64,000 bases of DNA from an uncultured Chloroflexia bacterium (GTDB lineage: Bacteria; Chloroflexota; Anaerolineae; Anaerolineales; UBA4823). The stretch spans positions 8,062-72,061 of the forward strand of contig CAVQOI010000003.1 of assembly GCA_963714425.1 (NCBI GenBank), read 5' to 3'. Position numbers and translations under genes: made by a program. The notes below the pieces were generated by a model. It did no database searches. It was given only the letters and a program-made list of their open reading frames with translations, and had not been told where the DNA came from. The stretch's first letter is position 1; each line of letters begins with the position of its first letter. Below, piece after piece: positions 7,536 through 16,718 of the stretch.

Positions 7536-8792
7536 ATGTCAACCACCGCAAAAGAGATCAAGGTCTACGGTTATCGTTGGGTGGTGTTGCTGGCGTTCAT
7601 GTTCGTCAGCCTCACCATGCAGATCTTCTGGATCTGCTACGCGCCCATCACGGGGGTCGCCGCACAACATTATGGCGTCTCAGATCTGGAGATCGGCCTG
7701 CTGGCAATGATCTTCATGTTCGTGTACCTCCCGCTGGCAATCCCCGCTTCGTGGGCGATTGACACCTGGGGGTTTAAGAAGGCGGTCAGCGTGGGAGCGG
7801 TTTTGATGGGGGTCTTTGGCTTGCTGCGCGGCATATTCACCCAGGATTACACTGCCGCCCTGATCTTCACCATAGGCATCGCCGCCGCCCAGCCGCTGTT
7901 CCTCAACGCCGGCACCAAGCTGGCTGCCAACTGGTTCCCAATCCAGGAGCGCGCCACTGTCGTCGGAATCGGCGCGGTAGCCCCCTTGCTGGGCATCGTC
8001 ATTGGTCAGATGCTCACCCCTTTTCTGGTGCAGGGGTCCAGCATCGCATCAGCGATGATGATCTATGGTGTCATCGGCGCGGTCTCGGCGGTCGTCTTCT
8101 TGATTTTCGCCAAAGACCAACCGCCGACGCCTGCGGGTTTTGAAGAGCGAGTCGTCATGCTTGAGGGTCTCAAGCATATCCTCAAGATGCGCGACTTCTA
8201 CTTGCTGGCCCTGATCCTTTTTGTGGTGAACGCCATATTTAATGGTGTTTCCACCTGGGTCGAGCCTATCGTGCGCCCAAAGGGTATGGACATCGCCCAG
8301 GCTGGAATTATCGGCGGGCTGTTGATGATCGGCGGCATCGTTGGCGTGTTTGTGCTCCCGCCATTATCTGACCGCATGAGCAAGCGCAAGCCGGTCTTCC
8401 TGGTTGGGATATTGGCGACCATTCCCTTCCTGCTCTTGATGGCGTTCATCGGCAACTTCGCCCTCCTGGCAGTTGTCACCTTCGTCTTAGGCCTGTTTAT
8501 GATGGGCATACTGCCAGTCGCCATGCAGTATGGCACTGAGATCTGCTACCCTGCCCCAGAGGGCACATCGGCGGGCTTGTTTACCCTGGCGGGTCAGCTC
8601 TCGGTGGTCGCAATCACCGCCATGGGCTGGTCGAATGAAGCCTACGGCTCGTTCACGCCATCGATCATCTTCCTGTCATTGGCAATGCTGATCAGCGGAT
8701 TTCTGCTCGGGATGATGAAAGAATCAAAGATGATGCAGGCTGCCCAGCCCTCGAGCGAGGTGCAGGAAGCGCCGCAACCAGACAAGGCTTGA
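7536..8792 (+). CDS. MFS transporter
   Basis: 418 aa with about 12 TM segments. RBS aggagg lies 8 nt upstream. Confidence 0.85.
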   Translation: MSTTAKEIKVYGYRWVVLLAFMFVSLTMQIFWICYAPITGVAAQHYGVSDLEIGLLAMIFMFVYLPLAIPASWAIDTWGFKKAVSVGAVLMGVFGLLRGIFTQDYTAALIFTIGIAAAQPLFLNAGTKLAANWFPIQERATVVGIGAVAPLLGIVIGQMLTPFLVQGSSIASAMMIYGVIGAVSAVVFLIFAKDQPPTPAGFEERVVMLEGLKHILKMRDFYLLALILFVVNAIFNGVSTWVEPIVRPKGMDIAQAGIIGGLLMIGGIVGVFVLPPLSDRMSKRKPVFLVGILATIPFLLLMAFIGNFALLAVVTFVLGLFMMGILPVAMQYGTEICYPAPEGTSAGLFTLAGQLSVVAITAMGWSNEAYGSFTPSIIFLSLAMLISGFLLGMMKESKMMQAAQPSSEVQEAPQPDKA

Positions 8793-8817
8793 GTGCGTAT
8801 GCCCATTTTCCGGGAGA

Positions 8818-8913
8818 TCCCTCCTCCCCCATTCTAGGGGAGAAGAAGCCTGCCGCCGCGAAGCGCGTACGAACGCAGCGAAGTAGGGCAGGCAGGCCGG
8901 GAGTGGGGGTGGT
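8818..8913. repeat. GC-rich hairpin repeat family member (inside the operon, between the MFS and PLP-enzyme genes)
   Basis: ccctcctccccattctaggggag...aagcctgcc...gggcaggcagg...gggagtgggggtgg. Shares the CCCC/GGGG hairpin + AGCCTGCC..GGCAGG + GGGGTGGG architecture. Confidence 0.65.
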
Positions 8914-8944
8914 AGATACAAGTAGAGAATAATAAGGAGTCACT

Positions 8945-10342
8945 ATGGATATCGAGCAACTTGTAAGCGAGCTCACACAGTCAATCAAGCCATACCGGGA
9001 GAGTTTGACCAGCTACGATCGCCTGCCGGAGGCCGGGCGCTCACGAGACGAGATCCTTCAGGAGATGCAGGCGCTTTACGCCCGCGAAGAGCCCAGGTGG
9101 CGGGAGGGGCTTGTCTCTGGTGCCGTTTACCATGGCAGCCAGGACCACATCGATTTCCAGAATCAGGTATACGCCATAAACTCTCAGACAAACCCGCTGC
9201 ACTTCGACGTCTGGCCGAGCGGGGTGAAATTCGAAGCCGAGGTGGTTTCGATGACCGCCCACATGCTCGGAGCAGATAAGGAGGGGGACGAGATTGTCGG
9301 CACAGTCACGTCCGGCGGCACCGAGAGCATCCTTCTGGCAATGAAGACATACCGCGACTGGGCACGTGACACGAAGGGTATCCCTAATCCGGAGATGGTG
9401 GTGCCCACTACCGCTCATGCCGCCTTTGATAAAGCTTCCCAGTATTTCGACATCAAGATGAACCGCATTCCGGTTGGCTCTGACTTGCGAGCCGACGTAG
9501 AGGCCACACGCGCTGCCATCAATGCGAATACAGCAGTGATCGTCGGCTCTGCGCCGCCTTTCCCGCACGGCATCCTCGACCCGATCGAAGAGCTATCCGA
9601 GCTTGCCCGACAGCACGGGGTTGGCTTCCACACCGACGCCTGCCTGGGCGGCTTCATCCTGCCCTGGGCGGAGAAGCTGGGCTATCCAGTCCCGCTGTTC
9701 GACTTCCGTTTGCCTGGGGTCACGTCGATGTCAGCAGACACACACAAATATGGCTATGCTGCCAAGGGTACCTCGGTTGTGCTCTACCGCGGTCGCGAGC
9801 TGCGTCACTACCAGTTCTACGCCAATACCGAATGGCCCGGCGGGTTGTACTTCTCCCCCACCCTGGCGGGCAGCCGGCCTGGCGCACTGAGCGCAGCCTG
9901 TTGGGCTGCCATGGTCTCTATGGGCGAGCAGGGCTACCTCGACGCCGCTCGTGGCATCCTTGAGACAGCTGCCGAGGTCAAGCGCGGCCTGGGCGAGATC
10001 CCCGAGCTGCGCTTGCTCGGTGACCCGCTGTTCGTCATCGCTTTTGCCTCCGATACGCTCGACGTCTACGCCATCTCGGATGCCATGACACGCAAAGGCT
10101 GGAGCCTGAACGGCTTGCAGAACCCGCCTGCCATCCACATCGCCCTCACCATCCGCCACGCCCAACCCGGCTTCGCCGAGCGCTTCATTGCCGATTTAAA
10201 GGAAGCTGTCGCTTACGTCAAGGATCACCCTGAGATGGAAGGCTCCCTCGGTCCGGTGTATGGCCTGGCCAGCAACGTATATACCAAAGGAGCAGTCAAG
10301 GATTTCCTCAAAGGGCTGCTCGATCTGGTCTTCGAGGTTTAA
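8945..10342 (+). CDS. PLP-dependent group II decarboxylase-fold enzyme, sphingosine-1-phosphate-lyase-like
   Basis: 465 aa. [15 protein letters not shown] (PLP lysine motif) and [11 protein letters not shown]. The overall pattern resembles bacterial SPL homologs (from memory). Confidence 0.75.
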   Translation: MDIEQLVSELTQSIKPYRESLTSYDRLPEAGRSRDEILQEMQALYAREEPRWREGLVSGAVYHGSQDHIDFQNQVYAINSQTNPLHFDVWPSGVKFEAEVVSMTAHMLGADKEGDEIVGTVTSGGTESILLAMKTYRDWARDTKGIPNPEMVVPTTAHAAFDKASQYFDIKMNRIPVGSDLRADVEATRAAINANTAVIVGSAPPFPHGILDPIEELSELARQHGVGFHTDACLGGFILPWAEKLGYPVPLFDFRLPGVTSMSADTHKYGYAAKGTSVVLYRGRELRHYQFYANTEWPGGLYFSPTLAGSRPGALSAACWAAMVSMGEQGYLDAARGILETAAEVKRGLGEIPELRLLGDPLFVIAFASDTLDVYAISDAMTRKGWSLNGLQNPPAIHIALTIRHAQPGFAERFIADLKEAVAYVKDHPEMEGSLGPVYGLASNVYTKGAVKDFLKGLLDLVFEV

Positions 10343-10343
10343 C

Positions 10344-11855
10344 ATGTCCAAACAATATCTTCTTGCCCACGACCTGGGCACCAGTGGTGTCAAAGCTGCC
10401 CTGACCGACCTAACCGGCAGCGTGATTGCCGCATCAGAGAGCCGTTACCCGGTCTACTACAGCCCGGACGGCGGCGCCGAGCAGGATGTAGAAGAGTGGT
10501 GGGCGGCAATTGTCAAGACCACACATGACATGCTCGCGCAGGCTGGCATACATCCATCACAGATCGCTGGCATGAGCATGGACGCCCAGATGGTTGGGAC
10601 TCTCCCCGTCGACAAGGACGGCAAGCCCCTGCGCCGTGTGATGATCTGGCTGGACGGGCGCGCTCAGCACGAAGCCGAAACCCTGGTTGAGATGACCGGC
10701 CTCCCCTTCATCACTGGCAAGGCTCCATCCGCAAAGGTCTTGTGGATCAAAAATAACGAGCCGCACATCTATGGTAAAACCTACAAATTCCTGGACTGCA
10801 AAGATTACCTGCAGTTTCGCATGACAGGCGAGTACGGTACCGATTACACCCTGGCCGTCGCCACTACCTACTTCAATCCCTTTACCATGGGCTGGTGGGA
10901 CGAGGTGCTGGCTGCCATGGGTGTGCCGGTCGAGATGCTCCCACCTGTCATGCCATCCACGCAGGTGGTTGGCAAGCTGTTGCCACAGGCTGCCCAGGAG
11001 CTCGGGCTGGTCCCCGGCATCCCGGTGATCAGTGGAGGTGGGGACGTACCCTGCGCGGTGATCGGCTCTGGGGCTATCTCTCCTGGAAAGGCGCATCTAT
11101 ACTTGGGCACCTCCGCCTGGATTTTCGCTGCTGTGAGCGATTTCCTTCTCGAAGCTCAGGGCGTCTCCCCCGGCGTGGGCTGCGACCCGACTACATTTTT
11201 GCTCGGCGGCGAGATGGACAACGCGGGTGGCTGCCTGAAGTGGTTCCATGAGAACTTGATGTCGCCCAGCGATAATGAGGAGGCCTCTCGCCTCGGTCTC
11301 AGCCCATTCGCCTACCTGGACCAAAAGGCTGACGCAGTGCCACCCGGCGCTGAAGGGCTGCTCTTCCTACCCTGGGTGTGGGGTGAACGCTCTCCGCTCG
11401 ATGACGACCTGCTGCGTGGCGGTTTCGCCATGCTAGGGCTCAACCACACCAAATGGCACATGGCACGCGCCATTTTGGAAGGTTGTGGGCATCACCTGCG
11501 TTGGATCCTGGACTCGATGCGCGACGCCGGCGTCCCCCTCGACGTGCTCAACGTCATTGGAGGCGGAGCCTTCAGCAAGACTTGGCTGCAAATGCTCTCC
11601 GACGTAATCGGCATCCGCCTGCTGCAGGTCGAAGGTCCCCTGGACGCCTGCGCTCGCGGCACAGCGATGACGGCTGCCGTTGGCCTGGGCTTCTACCCGG
11701 ACTTCGCCGCAGTTGAGAAGGTCATCCGCCTGACTGGCGCCGAATTTAGCCCCGACCCGGCTTGCCGCCAGCTCTACGACCGCGCTTACGCCGACTTCCG
11801 CTCGCTGTACCCGCCTTTTAGCGCTATCGGGCACGGCAAAGTCGCCGCACTATAG
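10344..11855 (+). CDS. FGGY-family carbohydrate kinase (xylulokinase/glycerol-kinase-like)
   Basis: The internal ATG at 10344 gives MSKQYLLAHDLGTSGVKAAL, a typical FGGY N-terminus, and starts 1 nt after the stop of the previous gene. C-terminal GGGAFSKTWLQMLSDV motif. Confidence 0.85.
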   Translation: MSKQYLLAHDLGTSGVKAALTDLTGSVIAASESRYPVYYSPDGGAEQDVEEWWAAIVKTTHDMLAQAGIHPSQIAGMSMDAQMVGTLPVDKDGKPLRRVMIWLDGRAQHEAETLVEMTGLPFITGKAPSAKVLWIKNNEPHIYGKTYKFLDCKDYLQFRMTGEYGTDYTLAVATTYFNPFTMGWWDEVLAAMGVPVEMLPPVMPSTQVVGKLLPQAAQELGLVPGIPVISGGGDVPCAVIGSGAISPGKAHLYLGTSAWIFAAVSDFLLEAQGVSPGVGCDPTTFLLGGEMDNAGGCLKWFHENLMSPSDNEEASRLGLSPFAYLDQKADAVPPGAEGLLFLPWVWGERSPLDDDLLRGGFAMLGLNHTKWHMARAILEGCGHHLRWILDSMRDAGVPLDVLNVIGGGAFSKTWLQMLSDVIGIRLLQVEGPLDACARGTAMTAAVGLGFYPDFAAVEKVIRLTGAEFSPDPACRQLYDRAYADFRSLYPPFSAIGHGKVAAL

Positions 11856-11914
11856 AATCAAACACCCTGCCCCGCCCGCATGCCTGACAGCTGGCAGGTG
11901 AGAGTAGACCTAAT

Positions 11915-11955
11915 AACAGTTTGCAGATTATTTCCTGCAAACTGTTGTTTTTTTA
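11915..11955 (+). terminator. rho-independent terminator
   Basis: aacagtttgcag / ctgcaaactgtt is a perfect 12-bp stem with an 8-nt loop, followed by a run of T. Confidence 0.8.
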
Positions 11956-12284
11956 TTCTTCTTCAGCCGGTGCTTGCGTCATTCGTCGATGCGCCGGGGT
12001 TGCCATCAGCCAGAAGCCCTACGCCCAGTTGAGTGACCGTATTGAGATGAAATCTTTGTCATCTTGATATCTCGGTAGCAATTATCATCCACTTTTCTTG
12101 TGGAAAGATTCATCATTCAAAACCTATCGATGCCGGGGTCAGCGCGGATATAATAACGGTATCCACCCACATTCCCCCTTGCCTCCCACCATTTTGGAGG
12201 AGGGCAGAGAGTGGGGCGCGGCGTAGCGATCAGTCTTAGCGAGAAAATGATACACATTGCGGATTTCAATTAGGAGAAAAAATC

Positions 12285-13943
12285 ATGACTATCGTTCTGG
12301 ATGGCTCCGGCCTGACGGTTGACAAGCTAACACGCATCGCACGGCATGGGGAGGGCGTGGAGCTGCACCGCGATGCTCTGGATCGAATCAAAGACTGCCG
12401 GAGCATGCTGGAAGAGAAACTCAACGCCCGCGAGATCATGTACGGCACCAACACTGGCATTGGGGAGTTCTCCGAGGTAGTGCTCAACGATGAGCAGGTG
12501 AAAGACTTCCAACGCTACTTGATCTACAACCATGCAGCTGGCATCGGCGAGCCTGTGCCTATCGAACACGCTCGAGCAGCCCTGGCCTCGCGGGTGAACG
12601 TTCACGCCCACGGGAACTCGGGCTGCCGACCGGAGATCACCCTGACCATGGTGGAGATGCTCAACCGGGGGGTGACGCCAGTGGTGTGTCAAAAGGGATC
12701 GGTGGGGGCGTCTGGCGACCTGGCGCCCATGGCGCAGATGGCGCTGCTGCTGATGGGCGAAGGCGAGGCATTTTACCAGGGCGAGCGCCTGCCTGGAAAG
12801 ACCGCCCTGGAGCGGGCGGGTATCCCCATCCCTGGCTTGCAGGCACGCGATGGCTTGGCAGCCATCAACGGCTCTAACCTGCTGACCGCCATGAGCGCCT
12901 TACACGTGTATGACATGAACCGCTGGTTGAAGCAAGCTGAAATCGCCTGTGCCATGAGTCTGGAGGCGTTGAAGGCTAACCTCAAGCCCTACGATGTGCG
13001 CCTGCACAAAGTGCGCGGCTTCACCGGCGCCATCCGCAGCGCCATTGCAATCATGAAGTGCATCAATGGGAGCGACCTGGTATCGGGTAAGATGAAGACC
13101 AAGGTGCAAGACGCCTACTCGATGCGCTCGTCCCCGCAAGTCATCGGGGCAGCTCACGACGCCATTGCATACGCTCGCAGCCAGGTGGAGATTGAGTTGA
13201 ACGGCGTGGGCGATAACCCCATCTTCCTGCCCGAGTATAGGCTCACACTCACGGGGGCAAATTTCCAGGGCACACCTGTATCCCTGCCGATGGATATGGC
13301 AGGAGCAGCCATTACCATGGTGTGCGTCCTTTCCGAGCGCCGCCTGAACCGCCTGACCAACCCTGCGCTCAGCGTGGGCTTACCGGCTTTCTTGACCAAG
13401 GGAGCGGGCATGTTCTCCGGGCTGATGCTCAGCCAGTACACCGCTGATACGCTTATCGTAGAGCAGCGTATGCTGTCCGCGCCTGCCAGCGTCCAATCTA
13501 TCCCAGCTGCCGCCGACCAGGAGGACTTCGTCTCCATGGGCATGAACACAGCCTTGAAGAACCAGCAGATCCTGGAGAACGCTTATGGTGTGCTGGGCAT
13601 TGAGTTCATGGGCGCCGCGCAAGCGCTGGATTTCCGCGATTTCACCCCCGGGCGCGGCGTGCAGGTTGCCAGGCAGGTGATCCGCAAGCACGTCGAGCAC
13701 CTGGACGAGGACCGCCCGCTGTATCCCGATCACAATACCATGGCGGCGCTGGTGAAATCCTGCGAGATTTTGGAGGCAGTCGAGACGGAGGTGGGCAGCC
13801 TGGAGGTAGTAAGCTTCCAGATTTGCCTCCATCCAATAATGGACAGTTATTTGGACGAATATTATCTACGATATCCGGCGACGGGAAGCGTCACACGACT
13901 GTTGGGACGTAAGCAAAATTGCCCAAACGAGAATTTCAGGTAG
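12285..13943 (+). CDS. MIO-dependent ammonia-lyase/aminomutase family enzyme (HAL/PAL/TAL family)
   Basis: GSVGASGDLAPMAQMAL contains the Ala-Ser-Gly MIO triad. Length and pattern are HAL-like. The last ~45 aa (VVSFQICLHPIMDSY...) look like non-homologous read-through. Confidence 0.8.
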   Translation: MTIVLDGSGLTVDKLTRIARHGEGVELHRDALDRIKDCRSMLEEKLNAREIMYGTNTGIGEFSEVVLNDEQVKDFQRYLIYNHAAGIGEPVPIEHARAALASRVNVHAHGNSGCRPEITLTMVEMLNRGVTPVVCQKGSVGASGDLAPMAQMALLLMGEGEAFYQGERLPGKTALERAGIPIPGLQARDGLAAINGSNLLTAMSALHVYDMNRWLKQAEIACAMSLEALKANLKPYDVRLHKVRGFTGAIRSAIAIMKCINGSDLVSGKMKTKVQDAYSMRSSPQVIGAAHDAIAYARSQVEIELNGVGDNPIFLPEYRLTLTGANFQGTPVSLPMDMAGAAITMVCVLSERRLNRLTNPALSVGLPAFLTKGAGMFSGLMLSQYTADTLIVEQRMLSAPASVQSIPAAADQEDFVSMGMNTALKNQQILENAYGVLGIEFMGAAQALDFRDFTPGRGVQVARQVIRKHVEHLDEDRPLYPDHNTMAALVKSCEILEAVETEVGSLEVVSFQICLHPIMDSYLDEYYLRYPATGSVTRLLGRKQNCPNENFR

Positions 13944-13994
13944 CGCCAGGTGTTTTTTGGATTGGGGGGGGCGTTGTAAAGATGAGGGAGATAC

Positions 13995-14339
13995 CTACCC
14001 CATCGGGTATCGCATGCGCTGTCCGCCGATCAGGTGCAGGTGGATGTGGAATACCGCCTGCCCGGCGTTGCGTCCGGTGTTGACAATTATGCGGTAGCCG
14101 CTCTCGTGGATGCCGTGATTGTGGGCGAGCTGCTGGGCAATTGTGAACAGGTGTCCGATGCGGAGCTCGTCATCTTCCCTCAGGTCATTGACTGAGGCGA
14201 TGTGCTGGTTGGGGACGATCAGGATGTGCGTGGCAGCTACGGGGTGGATGTCGTGAAAGGCAGTGGCGAGCTCGTCAGAGTAGACGATCTCAGCCGGGGC
14301 TTCCCCAGAGATAATTCTACAGAAGATGCAGTCATTCAT
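13995..14339 (-). CDS. HIT family (histidine triad) protein
   Basis: CIFCRII...HIHLHLIGG motif. The start overlaps the mtaB stop (ATGAATGA). Confidence 0.9.
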   Translation of the reverse strand: MNDCIFCRIISGEAPAEIVYSDELATAFHDIHPVAATHILIVPNQHIASVNDLREDDELRIGHLFTIAQQLAHNHGIHESGYRIIVNTGRNAGQAVFHIHLHLIGGQRMRYPMG

Positions 14340-15651
14340 TATTAACGTTTGAACGTTCTAACGTTCCAGCGTATGTGTTAATCACGGTACCAAGAATTCC
14401 ATCGCCTTGGAATGTGTCGAGCAGGACGGGTGTAATCCGGTTCCACAGGTGCTTGCCAGCGAAGGCGCTGACGCGCAGGTAATTGTCTGTCAAGCCGCTC
14501 ATGCGCCAGCCTTGCGGACCCAACGCCGCGGCGCTTTCCCACAGCACGGGCAGGATGCTGCCCAGGAAGAGACTCTGGTACTCGCGGGCAGACCTGTCGA
14601 AGACCTGGCGCATCTGTGCGTTGCGCTCTTTTCGCAACGCATGTGGCACCTGACCAGGCATGCGGCTCGCAGCTGTGCCTTGCCGTGCCGAGTAGCTGAA
14701 GACATGCCCGCCAGCAAAGCGCATGCTGCGCACGAACTCCAGGCTCGCGGCGAACTCCTGGGTGGTCTCCCCTGGGAAGCCGGTGATTATGTCGGTGGTG
14801 ATTGCCACGCCAGGGATGCGGCGGCGGGCTGCCTCGACCAGGCTGGCAAATGAGTCCGGCGTGGTCTTGCGGCTCATGCGCCGCAGCGTAGCGGCGCTGC
14901 CCGATTGCAGTGGCAGATGCAGGTGGCGGCACATGCGCGGCTCTTCCCACAGCTCAAAAAAATCTTCATCCAGGTCCCAGGGCTCCAGGGATGACAGGCG
15001 CAGTCGTGGGGCATCCGTTTCGCGCAGCACCGCCTCGACCAGAACGCGCAGGTGCAGATCAGGGGCGAGGTCCTGCCCCCACGATCCCAGGTGCACGCCA
15101 GTGAGCACGACCTCCTGGCAGCCTCCCAGCAGCGCGGCGCGTACGTCCTTCACCACTGATCCGATTCGACGGCTGCGACCCAGGCCGCGGGCGAGAGTGG
15201 TCACGCAAAAAGTGCAGTGGTTATCACAGCCGTCCTGCACCTTGATGAAGGCGCGTGTGCGCAGTCGCGCCCCGGGCACTGCCTGGCGAGCTGTGGGCTC
15301 GATGTCGAATGCCTCTTCTGGCAGGTCGAGCAGCCCGGCAACCAGGCTATCCTTGTCTGCGTTAGATACAACATGGCGCACCCGCGGTAGAGAAGCAGCA
15401 CCCTGCGGGTTGAGGGTGGACCAGCATCCGGTTACAGCAACCTCGCTGGCTCCCAGGCGGGCTGCCTTGCGCACTTTCTGGCGCGAATCCGCCGCGGCTT
15501 GAGATGTGACCGTGCAGGTGTTAATTACCGCCAGGTCAGCTTGTTCTGGAGAAGGGACAAGCTCGTGCCCCGCGCTGTGGAACTGGCGGGCGTAGGCTTC
15601 AATCTCGCTCTGGTTTAACCGGCAACCAATTGAGTCTAAAAATATCTTCAT
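14332..15651 (-). CDS. mtaB: radical-SAM methylthiotransferase, MtaB/MiaB-like
   Basis: The N-terminal MKIFLDSIGCRLNQSE (UPF0004 domain), the CDNHCTFC radical-SAM cluster motif and a TRAM-like C-terminus are all present. The start is taken at 15651. The last codons lie in an AACGTTNN x3 tandem repeat (14344-14367). Confidence 0.85.
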   Translation of the reverse strand: MKIFLDSIGCRLNQSEIEAYARQFHSAGHELVPSPEQADLAVINTCTVTSQAAADSRQKVRKAARLGASEVAVTGCWSTLNPQGAASLPRVRHVVSNADKDSLVAGLLDLPEEAFDIEPTARQAVPGARLRTRAFIKVQDGCDNHCTFCVTTLARGLGRSRRIGSVVKDVRAALLGGCQEVVLTGVHLGSWGQDLAPDLHLRVLVEAVLRETDAPRLRLSSLEPWDLDEDFFELWEEPRMCRHLHLPLQSGSAATLRRMSRKTTPDSFASLVEAARRRIPGVAITTDIITGFPGETTQEFAASLEFVRSMRFAGGHVFSYSARQGTAASRMPGQVPHALRKERNAQMRQVFDRSAREYQSLFLGSILPVLWESAAALGPQGWRMSGLTDNYLRVSAFAGKHLWNRITPVLLDTFQGDGILGTVINTYAGTLERSNVNNE

Positions 15652-15765
15652 CACTTGCTTGCTTTCGTTCAAGCACCCTATTTCCTCAGTCCCGCCATCC
15701 GTAAAGGGTTGGGGGCTTATTGCGTTATAGGGGGAGGGGTCGGGGGTGGGGGATTCGAGGGGACA

Positions 15766-16419
15766 TCACGGTCTGGTCACCATGAAATCATCGAAGTAGA
15801 TATCCACGCCTGGGGTGTCGAATGTCCCAGCGACCAGCCCTACATCGCCTGAGACGAACTCCGTATCCTCATACTCCGCAAGGAGTTCGCCGTTGGCATA
15901 AAAGCTCAAAGTGCTGCCATTACACACAGCGCGTAAGCGGTTGGTCGCGTTGCCCTGGCTGATGGCCTCACTGGGCGGCATCGAATCTACCCCGACCAGC
16001 TGCTGCAGCCCTGCCGATACCTTGCCGATGCCAAAGTACCCATCGCTGCTGATGATAAAGAAGTAGAAATTTTCCTCATCCAAATAGCGGCAGATCAAGC
16101 CATAATCGTTGTCATTCTCGCCGCTCACCTTGGTGGCTACCACATCGATGGAAACGTCGGTGAAATCAAGGCTTGGGTTGGCCCATATGTCGGTGTTGCT
16201 GGTGTTGACAAAAATGCGGTAGACACCGTCGGCATAATCGGTAACGCCATCGGCGACGATGATGCGATCCCAGCCGCTCTCAGGGTCGGAAAAATCATCC
16301 TGGAAGAGTACCTCGCCGGGCTGTGTCGCGGGGTTTCCGTTGCCTTCGCCGGAGGCAGCCTGGCATGCCAGCGCCCCCATCATGAGGGCGGATAAGAAAA
16401 GTATCAGACGAAGCTTCAT
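15766..16419 (-). CDS. secreted/lipoprotein-like hypothetical protein (possible concanavalin/LamG-like fold)
   Basis: Signal peptide MKLRLILFLSALMMGALAC. No confident family assignment from sequence alone. Confidence 0.55.
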   Translation of the reverse strand: MKLRLILFLSALMMGALACQAASGEGNGNPATQPGEVLFQDDFSDPESGWDRIIVADGVTDYADGVYRIFVNTSNTDIWANPSLDFTDVSIDVVATKVSGENDNDYGLICRYLDEENFYFFIISSDGYFGIGKVSAGLQQLVGVDSMPPSEAISQGNATNRLRAVCNGSTLSFYANGELLAEYEDTEFVSGDVGLVAGTFDTPGVDIYFDDFMVTRP

Positions 16420-16718
16420 TGGATAAGTCCTTTCGCAAGCATGAGTGGCGTAATTTTAACATAAACACTCATGGGTTGTAGCTATTCCGAAGACAGGACG
16501 CGTAGGGGCATTTTGGCTGATAGTTCCAGTTTTTGGAGGGGGTTGGGTGATTAATATGATGTCATTCTAAGAATTTCGTTAATCTTACAATCCTGATCGT
16601 ATAAATCACATGTGCCTGAGGCAAACTCTGGTAGAATCCAATCGGACAATTATTCTCAGAATCAAAAAATAATCGCCCTTAGACGTAATAATCGTCGTGG
16701 TTACGAGGAGGTAACATT

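Noticed and set aside
11956-12284. Long leader upstream of the MIO lyase, considered as a riboswitch or T-box
   Set aside because: I could not recognise any known riboswitch consensus by eye. It contains a member of the GC-rich repeat family. It needs an Rfam scan before any claim.
16420-16718. Searched the clpC upstream region for a CtsR operator (GGTCAAA direct repeat) and a clear promoter
   Set aside because: No GGTCAAA repeat is present. There is only a weak extended -10-like TGGTAGAAT with no convincing -35, so it is not reported as a feature.
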